DNA of 64,000 bases from Cenarchaeum sp. (GTDB taxonomy: Archaea > Thermoproteota > Nitrososphaeria > Nitrososphaerales > Nitrosopumilaceae): NCBI GenBank assembly GCA_965242695.1, contig CBDESU010000001.1, positions 1,216,001 through 1,280,000 of the forward strand. Reading direction: 5' to 3'. The position numbers and the translations under genes were made by a program. This document shows positions 29,627-39,073 of the stretch, piece by piece. Position 1 is the first letter of the stretch; each line of letters starts with the position of its first letter. The notes under the pieces are model-generated. The model was given only the letters and a program-made list of their open reading frames with translations. It did no database searches and had not been told where the DNA came from.

Positions 29627-30375
29627 TGCCCGTCGCCCCCTGGAATGCGTATCACGGGCCGCTCCCTGCCGACGGCCATAATAATGCTAGTGGGAATCTC
29701 GATCCGCCTAGTCTCGTCGCCGTCCCGTATGGACAGCGACGCCATGCGCTCTAGGACAAACGTCCCGTCGCGCATCTCGGCGACCTTGCCGACGCGCCCC
29801 GCGTTCGTCCCGCGCGTCACCATCGCAAGGGCCCCCGCCTCGAGCCGGACGATCTCCAGTATCTTTTGGCCCGGGACGGTTACGAGGCACGAGTCGCCCA
29901 CGCGGACCGGCCCCGCGCCATCGTCCAGTATTATCGACCTGCCGTCGTGCAGCCCGATCTGCGTGCGGCCGCCGCGGATGGTCGTCTTTGACGTCACGGC
30001 GCACAGCTTGCGGTCCTTTTCCGAGTCGTCGTCCATGCGGACGGGGCGCAGCAGCGCGCCGCCGGACGGCAGCATGCGGTAGGTGCCGGCGCCCTCTAGC
30101 TCGACCACGTCCATGAGCCCCGCCCCGTGGTGGAGCGACTTGCGCCTCACGCCGTCGACAGCGACGCGCCCCGAGTAGATCGGGGCCTTTGCCTCGCGCA
30201 GGGTGCGCGCAAGCTTTAGCGTGTCGCGCACCAAGACCGCAATCGGTACAGAGGCGCGCTTCGGGTGAGGGCCCGGCCGCACGGTGACGACAAAGCGCTT
30301 GTCCTTGCGCGTTATGCCCCAAAATAGGGGCGCCATTTGACGCTTTAGCTTTTTGCTGCCGGCAATGCTGACCAT
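29623..30375 (-). CDS. rps4e: 30S ribosomal protein eS4
   Basis: KLKRQMAP.FW..RK..RPGPH, GRTQIGLHDGRSI. Confidence 0.97.
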   Translation of the reverse strand: MVSIAGSKKLKRQMAPLFWGITRKDKRFVVTVRPGPHPKRASVPIAVLVRDTLKLARTLREAKAPIYSGRVAVDGVRRKSLHHGAGLMDVVELEGAGTYRMLPSGGALLRPVRMDDDSEKDRKLCAVTSKTTIRGGRTQIGLHDGRSIILDDGAGPVRVGDSCLVTVPGQKILEIVRLEAGALAMVTRGTNAGRVGKVAEMRDGTFVLERMASLSIRDGDETRRIEIPTSIIMAVGRERPVIRIPGGDGQ

Positions 30376-31481
30376 TACGACCCGCCCTCCTTTGAGCCGC
30401 CGCCCTTGCCATCGTCCAGGTCGTCGTCGTCGTCGTCATCATCGTCCAGGTCGTCGTCGTCGTCGTCATCATCATCGTCCAGGTCGTCGTCGTCGTCGTC
30501 GTCATCATCGTCCAGGTCGTCGTCGTCGTCATCATCGTCCAGGTCGTCGTCGTCGTCGTCGTCATCATCGTCCAGGTCGTCGTCGTCATCATCGTCGTCG
30601 TCGTCCAGGTCGTCGTCGTCATCATCGTCGTCGTCGTCCAGGTCGTCGTCGTCGTCGTCGTCCAGGTCGTCGTCGTCGTCCAGGTCGTCGTCGTCGTCGT
30701 CGTCCAGGTCGTCATCATCGTCCAGGTCGTCGTCGTCGTCGTCGTCATCATCGTCCAGGTCGTCGTCGTCCAGGTCGTCGTCGTCCAGGTCGTCGTCGTC
30801 CAGGTCGTCGTCGTCGTCGTCATCATCATCGTCCAGGTCGTCGTCGTCGTCGTCCAGGTCGTCGTCGTCGTCCAGGTCGTCATCCAGGTCGTCGTCAAAG
30901 TCGTCGTCGTCGTCCTGCCGCGCGGCTCCGGCCGATGCTCCACCTGGCGCAAAGGCTCCCGCCGTCGTGGCCGCGATTGCGGCAGTGGCAGCCGACGACT
31001 GCGGCGCAGTCCGAAGTACGGAGGCGGCCGAGGCCGAGCCGTACGGCGTGCCGGCCGCCGCCGGCTCTTGCGGCTGCTGCCGGGCCGATCCGCGCCGAAC
31101 CAGGCCCTTGCCCTTGCCCTCCCTCGGCGGCTTGCCCTCGATGCGCGCCTGCCGCCAGCCGTCGTCCATGTTGAGCGCCGTGATCACCACGTTTGACGCG
31201 TGTATCTTGACGTCGTACTTTTCGCCCTTTGCCTTTTCCTTTTGCACCCCGTTTATCGAGAGCGTGCCGTCGTGCGTGTTTACGTGCGAGACGCGGCCGT
31301 CGATCTTCTTGAAAGAGCCGCGCACTATCCTGACGGTGTCGCCGACGCACACGCGCACCGAGCGCCGGCCGTACTTGGCGCGCAGCTCTGGCGAGAGGTG
31401 GCCCCCGACCCTGCCGCCGAGCGCGTGCAGGGGGGCGTCCGAGCCGTACTGCCTCTTGCGCATCTTGGAGGGCCTTACCAT
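30375..31481 (-). CDS. rpl24: 50S ribosomal protein uL24 with long poly-Asp C-terminal tail
   Basis: LSPELRAKYGRRSVRVCVGDTVRIVRGSFK..IHASNVVIT; operon position between rpl14 and rps4e. Confidence 0.95.
   Translation of the reverse strand: MVRPSKMRKRQYGSDAPLHALGGRVGGHLSPELRAKYGRRSVRVCVGDTVRIVRGSFKKIDGRVSHVNTHDGTLSINGVQKEKAKGEKYDVKIHASNVVITALNMDDGWRQARIEGKPPREGKGKGLVRRGSARQQPQEPAAAGTPYGSASAASVLRTAPQSSAATAAIAATTAGAFAPGGASAGAARQDDDDDFDDDLDDDLDDDDDLDDDDDDLDDDDDDDDDDLDDDDLDDDDLDDDDLDDDDDDDDDDLDDDDDLDDDDDDDLDDDDDLDDDDDDDLDDDDDDDDDDLDDDDDDDDDDLDDDDDDDDDDLDDDDDDDDLDDDDDDDDDDLDDDDDDDDDDLDDDDDDDDDLDDGKGGGSKEGGS
30411..30914 (-). repeat. (GAC/GAT)n tract punctuated by CTG: ~168 codons of Asp with ~20 Leu
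   Basis: Seen directly. Confidence 0.97.
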
Positions 31482-31485
31482 CTTG

Positions 31486-31920
31486 CTACACCACCATCGA
31501 GGCGAGGTTTGCCAACCTCGGCCACTTCTCGGACGCCTCGGCGGCGACCGGCCCCTTTATGTCCGTGCCCTTCATCTCGCCCTCGGGAGTTGTCAGGACC
31601 GCCGCGTTGTCCTCGAACGACACCCTCACGCCGCTGAGCCTCCGCACGGGGTACTTTTGCCTTACAATCACCGCCCCGTGCACCTGCTTGCGCAGCTCGG
31701 CCGGCCCCTTCTTGACTACGACGTTGACAAAGTCGCCCACGGCCGCGGCCGGCAGGCGCGACGTACGCGTCTTCGTCTTTTGCACCATTACGATCTCCAG
31801 CACCTTTGCACCGCTGTTGTCGGCGCACGATATGCGCGCGCCGATCGGGAGCGCGCGCGTCACGTACGGGCGGAACTCCTCGACGCCCTTTGCCTTGCCC
31901 CTGCTCCTGCCCTGCGACAC
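31486..31920 (-). CDS. rpl14: 50S ribosomal protein uL14
   Basis: CADNSGAK..AAVGD..VKKG..FEDNAAV; GTG start overlapping the rps17 TAG. Confidence 0.97.
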   Translation of the reverse strand: MSQGRSRGKAKGVEEFRPYVTRALPIGARISCADNSGAKVLEIVMVQKTKTRTSRLPAAAVGDFVNVVVKKGPAELRKQVHGAVIVRQKYPVRRLSGVRVSFEDNAAVLTTPEGEMKGTDIKGPVAAEASEKWPRLANLASMVV

Positions 31921-32297
31921 TAGCCTCGCGCCTCCACTACCACGTACGAGACGGACTTTGCCAGCGGGCGGCACTCGGCGGCGAGCACGCGGCTGCCCTC
32001 GCGCACGTCGAGGTTGCCAGGGACGTGCGCGTGTATGCTGCTGCGGCTGCGCGCATACCTCTTGAACTTTGTAAAGTAGACGGGCGACTCCTTCTCAATG
32101 ACGACCGTGCCGCGCGCCTTTGCGCTCACCACGGTCCCCTCGAAGAGCTTGCCGCGTATGCGCAGCGAGCCGTTGAACGGGTTGGCCGCCTCGGACGGGT
32201 CGGCCGCGCGCGGCGGATCCGCCACGTCGAGTCCGATGTTGGCCGCGCCCCTTTTCGCCCCGGCGCCGCGCCGCGGGCCGCCGTCCCTGTCGGCCAT
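31920..32297 (-). CDS. rps17: 30S ribosomal protein uS17
   Basis: NIGLDV..NPFNGSLRIRGKLFEGTVVS..AECRPLAKSVSYVV; ATG overlapping the rnp1 TAA. Confidence 0.96.
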   Translation of the reverse strand: MADRDGGPRRGAGAKRGAANIGLDVADPPRAADPSEAANPFNGSLRIRGKLFEGTVVSAKARGTVVIEKESPVYFTKFKRYARSRSSIHAHVPGNLDVREGSRVLAAECRPLAKSVSYVVVEARG

Positions 32298-32776
32298 TAT
32301 GCGCCTGCACCCCCACCAGCCCGCAGGCCCGGCGCGGCTCCCTGCGGCAGCTTTGCGCGCAGCCTGTCCTCGGGCCTGCGCGCGATCAGCGAGCCGTCGA
32401 TCTCGGCGCCATCCCGAGCCGCATTCCGCCCGGGGGCGGCCTCGAACCGCCACACCGAGCCGGCCTTCGGGTAGGCCCTGTACGGCCGGCCCCCCCGTCG
32501 CTGCCGGCCGCCGCTCGATTCCATGAAGTGATCCTCAATTCCCGCGCCGCCGCCAATGCTGGGGCGCGCTGCGCCGCGCAGGGGCGGTCGCTGGGACAAG
32601 ACCAGCATGTTCTTTGTCTCTTCGACCACCATTCCAGAGGCGCCCACTATTCCCCGGTTGCACGAGCGCACTACGCTGGCGCGCAGCCCGACTAGCTCGC
32701 CGCGGTACAGGTCGGACAAGGCGTCCAGGGGGGCGCGCTGCGCCGCGCCGGGCCGCCGGGCCGCCGGTTCGATCAT
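32297..32776 (-). CDS. rnp1: ribonuclease P protein component 1 (Rpp29/POP4)
   Basis: ELVGL..GASGMVVEETKNML..YPKAGSVWRF..IDGSLIARRPEDRL. Confidence 0.92.
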   Translation of the reverse strand: MIEPAARRPGAAQRAPLDALSDLYRGELVGLRASVVRSCNRGIVGASGMVVEETKNMLVLSQRPPLRGAARPSIGGGAGIEDHFMESSGGRQRRGGRPYRAYPKAGSVWRFEAAPGRNAARDGAEIDGSLIARRPEDRLRAKLPQGAAPGLRAGGGAGA

Positions 32777-33045
32777 TTGGACCCGCCCCCGCTGCCGGCG
32801 CCGTCGGCGGCACGGCCACCACCCCTCCTAGGCCTGCCGGCCTTTTCAATCCTCATCTCGCTGAGCCTTGTCATCATTCTTGCCACGTCGCGGCGCATCG
32901 GGCGTATGTTGCCGCTCTCTTTTTTGATCGTGCCCCTGCCGGCCTCGCCCCTTATCTTGACAAGGTCGGAGCGGGCCTCTTGGAGGCGCGAGCGCAGATC
33001 CTTTTCGCTCATGGCCCTGATGGCGCTCATGCTCTTGCGGGCCAC
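32773..33045 (-). CDS. rpl29: 50S ribosomal protein uL29
   Basis: IRAMSEKDL..L..IRPMRRDVARMMT. Confidence 0.95.
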   Translation of the reverse strand: MARKSMSAIRAMSEKDLRSRLQEARSDLVKIRGEAGRGTIKKESGNIRPMRRDVARMMTRLSEMRIEKAGRPRRGGGRAADGAGSGGGSK

Positions 33046-34052
33046 TACGCGCCGCCCTCCTGGATTCCGGTCGCATCGCCGGCGGGCGAGGGTGAGTGCG
33101 AGTCGCCGGCGGACGAGGGTGCGGGTGCGGATGATGGTGCGCTCGAGTCGCCGGCGTGCGAGGGCGAGTGCGAGTCGCCGGCGGATGAGGGTGCGGATGA
33201 GGGTGCACTCGAGTCGCCGGCGGACGAGGGTGCGGGTGCGGATGATGGTGCGCTCGAGTCGCCGGCGCCCCCGCCGCGGCCGCCCCTCTTTTTGCCGCCG
33301 CGGCCGCCGGCGGCGCCGTTCGTCGTTCCCGCTCCGGCGGCGCGCACGCGGCTAGACTGCTCGCGGTGCCGCTCGCGCGCCTCGCGCTGCTCGCGCTCCC
33401 TCTGCTCTCGGTCGCGCTTGCGCCTCTCGCGCTCGCGCTCGCGCCGGGCCACCTCCCTGGCATCCTTCATGTCGAACTCGGGCTCGTAGCGGTCGGCAAG
33501 CGCTATGCGTATGCGTATTCCGATCAGCCCCATGGGGGTCTTTACGTCGATTACATCCTCGCGGACGACGCGGTCGGCGTGGTCGCCGGCGCGCGGCAGT
33601 ATCCCGGCCGTCTGCTTCTCGAACGCAGACCTGTCGCCGCGCAGCTTGCCGGACACGGTAATCTGGACCCCGCGCGCGCCGGCCTCCATTACCTGCTGCA
33701 GCGTCCACATCATGGCGCGGCGGAACGCCGTCCCCCTCTCGAGGTGCGAGGCCATGCGGCTGCACATCACGCTCGGCGACAGGTCGGGCCTGTCGATCTC
33801 CTGCACCGACACCTGCGGCCTGTTCATTCCGTGGTCGCGCTCCAGGCTCTCGGTCAGCTCGCGTATGGAAGAGCCCTTGCGGCCGATCACGATGCCCGGC
33901 TTTGTGACGCGCAGCGTCACCTCGTGCGATCCGTCAGACTTTAGCCGGATCTCGGCCGCGTCGAGCCCCGCATCGCGTATCCTCTCGCGCAGAAAGTCCT
34001 GCAGGAGCATGCGCTCGTACTTGTCGTTGATCACCTGCTGCACTATCGACAC
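33045..34052 (-). CDS. rps3: 30S ribosomal protein uS3 with charged and Ser/Ala/Pro repeat tail
   Basis: [35 protein letters not shown]. Confidence 0.97.
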   Translation of the reverse strand: MSIVQQVINDKYERMLLQDFLRERIRDAGLDAAEIRLKSDGSHEVTLRVTKPGIVIGRKGSSIRELTESLERDHGMNRPQVSVQEIDRPDLSPSVMCSRMASHLERGTAFRRAMMWTLQQVMEAGARGVQITVSGKLRGDRSAFEKQTAGILPRAGDHADRVVREDVIDVKTPMGLIGIRIRIALADRYEPEFDMKDAREVARRERERERRKRDREQREREQREARERHREQSSRVRAAGAGTTNGAAGGRGGKKRGGRGGGAGDSSAPSSAPAPSSAGDSSAPSSAPSSAGDSHSPSHAGDSSAPSSAPAPSSAGDSHSPSPAGDATGIQEGGA

Positions 34053-34056
34053 GCCG

Positions 34057-34527
34057 TCACACCTCCCTTGCGACGACTTCTACGTGCGTCATGACGTCGT
34101 TGCGCGGCGTGGCCCGCCCCTGAGCGCGCGGTATGAACCGCTTTACCGAGACGCCCTTGTGCGCGGCGATCCCGACTATGCGGAGCCGTGCGCCGTCGAG
34201 CCCCTTTACGTCCGCGTTGTGCTCTAGGTTGTCGAGGAGCTTGTTCACCTCGCCGGCGGCCTTTACTGGGTAGCGGCCGGCCATCACGCCGGTGTCCGAG
34301 CGGTGCCCGACCTGGTTCTTGAACCGGCGGAACGGTACGGCGCGCTCCTTCTTGATGACGGCGCTCAGGAAGTCGCGGGCATCCTCGATCTGCATGCCGC
34401 GCAGGGCGCTGGCGATCTCGCGCGCGTGCTTGTGCGATATCTTGACCTCGCGGAGGGAGGCGCGGACGTGCACCGACGGGTCGTATCCCTGAAAGGCGTA
34501 CCCGAACCTACCGCACATGGCAACCAC
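34057..34527 (-). CDS. rpl22: 50S ribosomal protein uL22
   Basis: [32 protein letters not shown]; alternative start ATG 34518. Confidence 0.97.
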   Translation of the reverse strand: MVAMCGRFGYAFQGYDPSVHVRASLREVKISHKHAREIASALRGMQIEDARDFLSAVIKKERAVPFRRFKNQVGHRSDTGVMAGRYPVKAAGEVNKLLDNLEHNADVKGLDGARLRIVGIAAHKGVSVKRFIPRAQGRATPRNDVMTHVEVVAREV

Positions 34528-34958
34528 TACTTTAGGGGCACGTACAGGCTAGAGCGCGATGCGCCGACGCCCGGAGCGCCGTGCGAGACGCGCCTTCCGC
34601 TGAGCGAATATTCTCCTATATAGTGCCCAATCATCTCGGGCTTTATCTCGACCTCCTTGAACTCCTTGCCGTTGTACACGTGGGCCGTGGTGCCGACCAT
34701 GAACGGCAGTATGATGAGGTCTCGCAGGTGGGTGCGTATGCGGGGCGGCGGCGCCCCTCCGGCGCCCTCCTTTGCCCCGCCTCCGCCAGCGGCGGCCCTT
34801 GCCGCGCGCATCCGGGCGATCACCTTGCGCTTGCCGTCGGTGACGCCCCTCTTGAGCGACCGGCGCTGGCGCGCGCTGAGCAGGCCGCGCAGCTTGTCGA
34901 TGGGCATCTTTTCCAAGTCGGCCTGTGCGACCCCCCTGTACTCGAACTCCTTTACCAT
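34527..34958 (-). CDS. rps19: 30S ribosomal protein uS19
   Basis: FEYRG..IRTHLRDLIILP..YNGKEF..PEMIGHYIGEY..GASRSS. Confidence 0.97.
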   Translation of the reverse strand: MVKEFEYRGVAQADLEKMPIDKLRGLLSARQRRSLKRGVTDGKRKVIARMRAARAAAGGGGAKEGAGGAPPPRIRTHLRDLIILPFMVGTTAHVYNGKEFKEVEIKPEMIGHYIGEYSLSGRRVSHGAPGVGASRSSLYVPLK

Positions 34959-35016
34959 TTGCGCGTTCCTCGCACGCGCGCGCCAATCTAGGGGCCTATT
35001 ATAGGGTTGCAGTATG

Positions 35017-35024
35017 TATATAAA
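35017..35024 (-). promoter_or_regulatory. TATA box TTTATATA for the rps19-rpl6 transcript
   Basis: Canonical archaeal TATA ~60 nt upstream of rps19 in GC-rich DNA. Confidence 0.65.
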
Positions 35025-35161
35025 GAGGAGGGGCTATCGGAGGGCAGCGGCTGTGAAAACGGGCATCATTGGAGGCACGGCACAATCCGCAGCCTGGCAG
35101 GCGGGCCGCTGCGATCGCCGTACGCAGTGCGATCCGCGGCCAGGCTGCCGACATGGCTCCC

Positions 35162-35267
35162 CTGGCAGCAGGCTAGCGATCGCCGTGCACAGGGCGGCTT
35201 GAACTCGGTGCGGCCCTCGTCGTCGAGCTCGCTCTGGCAGCAGGCTAGCGATCGCCGTGCACAGGGC
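35162..35267. repeat. 34-bp perfect direct repeat pair separated by 38 bp
   Basis: ctggcagcaggctagcgatcgccgtgcacagggc at 35162 and 35234. Confidence 0.9.
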
Positions 35268-35620
35268 AGCGCTTCCGCCGTGCCAGGGGACGGCCGAGGG
35301 GCAGGCCAGCAGCCGTGACGGAGCGCAGGTCCGACTGTGGCATCGGCAGGCCGGGCGGCTCCCGCCGCCGCAGCGTGAAAGGCGCGCCGTCCCCAAAGGA
35401 GCCGAGCCGTACGGCCGGCATCCGGCCCCTCTCCCTCCCCCAGGCATCAGGCCCTGTCCAATGCCACGAGGCGCGGGCAGGGGCGGCCGGGGCGCTGCCA
35501 GGCACGGAGCCAGGTCCGATCGCAACTCCCCGCGCATGGCGGCCCCTGTGCCGCCCGCCGCTGCGCCGATCTGCGCCCGCGCGAGGACGGCGGCAGGGCG
35601 GCGGGCGCGAGCCGCTGCCC

Positions 35621-35732
35621 CCCCCCCCCCAGGCCGGCATCCCTGCCCCGCGGCCGCCCGGAGGCTCGCAGTACCACAAGGAGCCGGACGGCACCCCCCC
35701 CCCAGGCCGGCATCCCTGCCCCGCGGCCGCCC
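35621..35732. repeat. 39-bp direct repeat pair separated by 34 bp
   Basis: c10-aggccggcatccctgccccgcggccgccc at 35621 and 35694. Confidence 0.85.
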
Positions 35733-35761
35733 CAAGGCGGCGCGGCGGCCGCAGTACGCAG

Positions 35762-36139
35762 TCAGAGCATCCCCATGTCGCTGGCCAGGTCCTTTGCCTT
35801 TTCGGCCGTCTCGAACTTTACAAACGCCTTTTTGCCGTAGATAGTCCGCGACGTATTGACCGACGCAGAGCGCTGCCCGTACAGGACCGACACGGCCTCG
35901 GCTATGTCGGCCTTTGAGGCCGTCCGCTCCACTATAAAGCACACCTTGGCCTCCCCCTCTACCATTGCAAACGTGCGCTCCGTGTTGTACGGGCGCAGCA
36001 CGATCGTGTGCGCCCTATCGACCGTCATTGGCGGGCGGCGGGATCGGCCCGAGGGCCGCCCGGCGGAACTTCCGGCCCTGCCGGCGGCGCCCCTGCCGCG
36101 CGAGAGGCGCGAGCCGAGCGAGCCGAGCGACGGCTTCAC
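35762..36139 (-). CDS. rpl23: 50S ribosomal protein uL23
   Basis: IVLRPYNTERTF..FIVERTASKADI..KKAFVKF; GTG overlaps the rpl4 stop, alternative start ATG 36028. Confidence 0.95.
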   Translation of the reverse strand: MKPSLGSLGSRLSRGRGAAGRAGSSAGRPSGRSRRPPMTVDRAHTIVLRPYNTERTFAMVEGEAKVCFIVERTASKADIAEAVSVLYGQRSASVNTSRTIYGKKAFVKFETAEKAKDLASDMGML

Positions 36140-37239
36140 TGCGGGCCGCCCTCCTCGCCGTCCCGACCCGCCTTTCCGGCCGCATCCGCTCCAGCCTCCG
36201 CGGCCGCCGGCGCCGCCTCCGCGGCCGCCGGCGCCGCCTCCGCCCCGCGGCCGCCGGCGCCGCCTCCGCCCCGCGGCCGCCGCCCGCCGCGCCTCCTTTC
36301 GCGCACCCTGCCGGCCAGGGCCGAGGATGTCGTCCTTCCGATCACGTCGAGCGCATCGGGTGTGTACACGACAAGGCGGCCCGGCTCGGAGCCGGGCGCG
36401 AGGTCCAGCACGCTCAGGTCGCCGGCTCGCACGACGTCGACGCCCGGTATCGAGCCGGCCGCCCGCGAGAGCGCGGGCGGAGGCGCCGGCCGCCCCGGCA
36501 TGGCCTCCTGCCCCCCGCCGTCTTCCGCTCCGCCCCGGGCGGCATCCGGGCCGGCAGCAGAGCCTCCGTTCTCGCCTCCCCCGACCACAAACAGGACGCT
36601 CTTGCCCGCCTTTTTCGGCCTGCCGCGCAGCGCCGAGCGGCCCGACCGCGAGCGCCGGCGCGCAAGGCGGTCCGCGTCAGGCCGCAGCCCAAGGGCACCG
36701 AGCACGCCTGCCAGCTCCGAGGCGCGCGCGATTCCCTCGACCTCGCCCGAGACCACAATCGGCAGGTCCCTGCCGTCCGGCAGGCGGTGGCCGCGCCCCT
36801 CGACTACGCCGCGCATGGCGGTAGCCGCTATTGCGGACCGGAGCGCAAGGCGCCGCTCTGTCCTGTTTATCCTCTTGTAGATGCGCTTGCTGGACCTTGG
36901 CGGGTGCGCCTGCCTGCCGCCCCTCGTCGATGCAACCTCGCCGCCCTCGCCGCCGCGCCCGCCGGCGCCGTTCGCATTCATGCGCGCCACGCGGGACCTC
37001 CCGTGGCCCGTCGGCGGGTCGAGCGAGTCTGCAGAGTTGTCCATGCCCGCCGTCGGGTGGACGCCCTTTGGCTGGTACCTGTGCGAGTCGAGTATCGTGT
37101 ACGCCTTGTGGACAAGGTCGCGCCTGAACGGCGACGAGAAGGCGTCGGGCAGCGCGGCCGTCCGGCCGGCCGCCGGCGAGCCGTCGAGCCCCAGGACCGC
37201 GACCTCGGACGGCGGCGCGCCGCCCCCGGCATCGCTCAT
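36136..37239 (-). CDS. rpl4: 50S ribosomal protein uL4
   Basis: FRRDLVHKA..TGHGRSRVAR..GGRQAHPP..DLAPGSEPGRL; ATGA overlap with rpl3. Confidence 0.96.
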   Translation of the reverse strand: MSDAGGGAPPSEVAVLGLDGSPAAGRTAALPDAFSSPFRRDLVHKAYTILDSHRYQPKGVHPTAGMDNSADSLDPPTGHGRSRVARMNANGAGGRGGEGGEVASTRGGRQAHPPRSSKRIYKRINRTERRLALRSAIAATAMRGVVEGRGHRLPDGRDLPIVVSGEVEGIARASELAGVLGALGLRPDADRLARRRSRSGRSALRGRPKKAGKSVLFVVGGGENGGSAAGPDAARGGAEDGGGQEAMPGRPAPPPALSRAAGSIPGVDVVRAGDLSVLDLAPGSEPGRLVVYTPDALDVIGRTTSSALAGRVRERRRGGRRPRGGGGAGGRGAEAAPAAAEAAPAAAEAGADAAGKAGRDGEEGGPQ

Positions 37240-38507
37240 GCAATGACCTCCAGTATGTTCGGCCGCGCCGCCTTTTTGGGCGCGTTGCGCACCTGCGCGC
37301 GCATCTTTACGAGGCGCCGGTACGTGCCGGGAACCGATCCCCCGAGCACGACATAGTCGCCGCGCACTATACCAAAGTGCTTGTACCCGCCGGGCGGGTT
37401 GATCGCGGTGCGCGCCGCCTCGGCGGCGGCCGCCGCGGCGGCCGACACGGCCGTGCTGCGGCGCGGCTTGCCCCGGCCGCGGCGGCCCTTGCCCTTGCGC
37501 CCGCCCTTGCCGGCGGCAGCGGCCTCTTCGGCCACGGCCTCGGCGGCGGCGGCCTTTGCCGCGGCGGCCTCGTCGGCCTCGCGGGCCTCGGCGGCGGCCT
37601 TTTCGGCCCTGGCCCGCTCCTCGTCGGCGTTGCCGACGGCCATCACCCTCTTGTTGTACTCGACGCGCTGGTGGAACCCCATCTGGCCGGCGCGCGGAAC
37701 CGTGTACATGACGTACTGCGGCGATATGGGGCCGAGCGAGCCGATCTCGCGGACGGTCTTGCGCGACTTGTGCTGCTTGCGCTTTGCGCCCATGCGCTGT
37801 ATGACGCCCTGCCATCCCTTGCCCTTTGTGATGGCCGCCACGTCCACCCCCGAGCCGGCATCGAGCACGTCGCCGACGCGCACGTACCGGCCAAGGTTGT
37901 CCAAGAGGTACTCGAACTTTGCGGCCGCATCGCCGCCGTCGACTGCCGACTCGAATATGTACGGCCTCTTCTGCTCCAGGCCGGCGGCCCTGGGCGAGAC
38001 GGCCAGCACGGCGACGACATCCTCGACGCCCCCCAGCATGGCCCTGGCCCTCTCGAGCGGCGCCGCGGCGGCGCCCGCTCCGCCGTCCTCGCCCTTGGCC
38101 GGAACCGCCACGTGCCTGGGCATGTACTTTGAGAATTCCTTTGGCACGTCCTCGGCATACACGTCAAACGCGGCGCGGCGCCCGCCGTTGTCCCTCCCGT
38201 ACCCGCGAATGCCCAGGACGAACACGGGCGGCGTCACGATTACGGTGGCCGCGCTTACCAGCTGCTTGCCGGCGTTCGGCGTGTGCTCGCGATCGTCGAT
38301 CGTGACGAGCTGGACGCAGCCGGCCTTGAACCCCGCGTGCGCGAGCAGGCGCGGCTTGGGAGCGCCCTTTTTGTCCCCCCCGCGCGGCGCGCGCGTAGAG
38401 GCCGATGCGGGCCACCCGCGTATGCGCGCCTCCATGCTCTTTGCGCGCTTGCGCGGATAGTACGCCATGCTCCCGCGGCGCGGCTGGCTGTGCTTGCGGT
38501 GGCCCAT
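37236..38507 (-). CDS. rpl3: 50S ribosomal protein uL3
   Basis: PRRGSMAYYPRKRA, GFKAG, ITKGKGWQG, PRAGQMGFHQRVEYNK, NPPGGYKHFG. Confidence 0.98.
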   Translation of the reverse strand: MGHRKHSQPRRGSMAYYPRKRAKSMEARIRGWPASASTRAPRGGDKKGAPKPRLLAHAGFKAGCVQLVTIDDREHTPNAGKQLVSAATVIVTPPVFVLGIRGYGRDNGGRRAAFDVYAEDVPKEFSKYMPRHVAVPAKGEDGGAGAAAAPLERARAMLGGVEDVVAVLAVSPRAAGLEQKRPYIFESAVDGGDAAAKFEYLLDNLGRYVRVGDVLDAGSGVDVAAITKGKGWQGVIQRMGAKRKQHKSRKTVREIGSLGPISPQYVMYTVPRAGQMGFHQRVEYNKRVMAVGNADEERARAEKAAAEAREADEAAAAKAAAAEAVAEEAAAAGKGGRKGKGRRGRGKPRRSTAVSAAAAAAAEAARTAINPPGGYKHFGIVRGDYVVLGGSVPGTYRRLVKMRAQVRNAPKKAARPNILEVIA

Positions 38508-38588
38508 CGCCCGTCACGCTCCCCGCGGCGCGGCGGCCTGACCGTGCGGCGGCGCAACCGTGCGGTTCATCGGCGCGGCGGCCGAGCG

Positions 38589-38600
38589 TTTTAATATATA
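38589..38600 (-). promoter_or_regulatory. TATA region upstream of rpl3
   Basis: TATATATTAAAA ~85 nt upstream of the ATG. Confidence 0.6.
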
Positions 38601-38764
38601 CCAATCCTTCCTATTCGGGACGCAGGCGCGATCGCGGCCGCCGGGCCGGTCCTGCCCCGCGCCGCATCCCGCTTTCCAGCCCCCGCGCCCCGAATTTCCC
38701 CCTCTTCCACGGCCCGGCGGCGGGCAGGCCAACCCATAAAGCGCCCGCGCCCGCGCCGCCGTCC

Positions 38765-39061
38765 GTGGCGTCGGCCCTGGTAATCCCCATACTGATCGCC
38801 GCCGCAGCCGGCCTGGCGGCCTACCTGCTGTACAGGCTCGTCATATACGACATGGCGTGCGCCAGGTCGGTGAGGTCCACCCTAAAGCACCACGGCATAC
38901 CCGAGACGCCCCTGCAGATCATACTAGAGTTCCACCGCGCCGCCGGCAGGCCGATCGCCCGCGAAGAGGCCGAGCGGCTCGAAAAGGAGTACCGGCAGGC
39001 CGATCCCGGCAGGTTCCTGGCCATGTACGACGAGATCCGCGAGGGGCGCGCCCGGCAGTGA
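38765..39061 (+). CDS. small membrane-anchored hypothetical protein
   Basis: GTG ~30 nt after CCATAAA; N-terminal TM helix; KEYRQADPGRFLAMYDEIRE. Confidence 0.75.
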   Translation: MASALVIPILIAAAAGLAAYLLYRLVIYDMACARSVRSTLKHHGIPETPLQIILEFHRAAGRPIAREEAERLEKEYRQADPGRFLAMYDEIREGRARQ

Positions 39062-39073
39062 CGGCGCCCGGCC

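Noticed and set aside
29708-31923. Poly-Ser, poly-Thr and poly-Arg ORFs (30406-31923 +, 29708-30952 -, 30353-31174 +)
   Set aside because: Alternative-frame readings of the rpl24 poly-Asp tract
38508-38585. Structured rpl3 leader / k-turn (aaccgcacggtt hairpin, GATGA...TGA)
   Set aside because: Flanking stems do not fit the k-turn consensus, and pairing is expected by chance at this GC content
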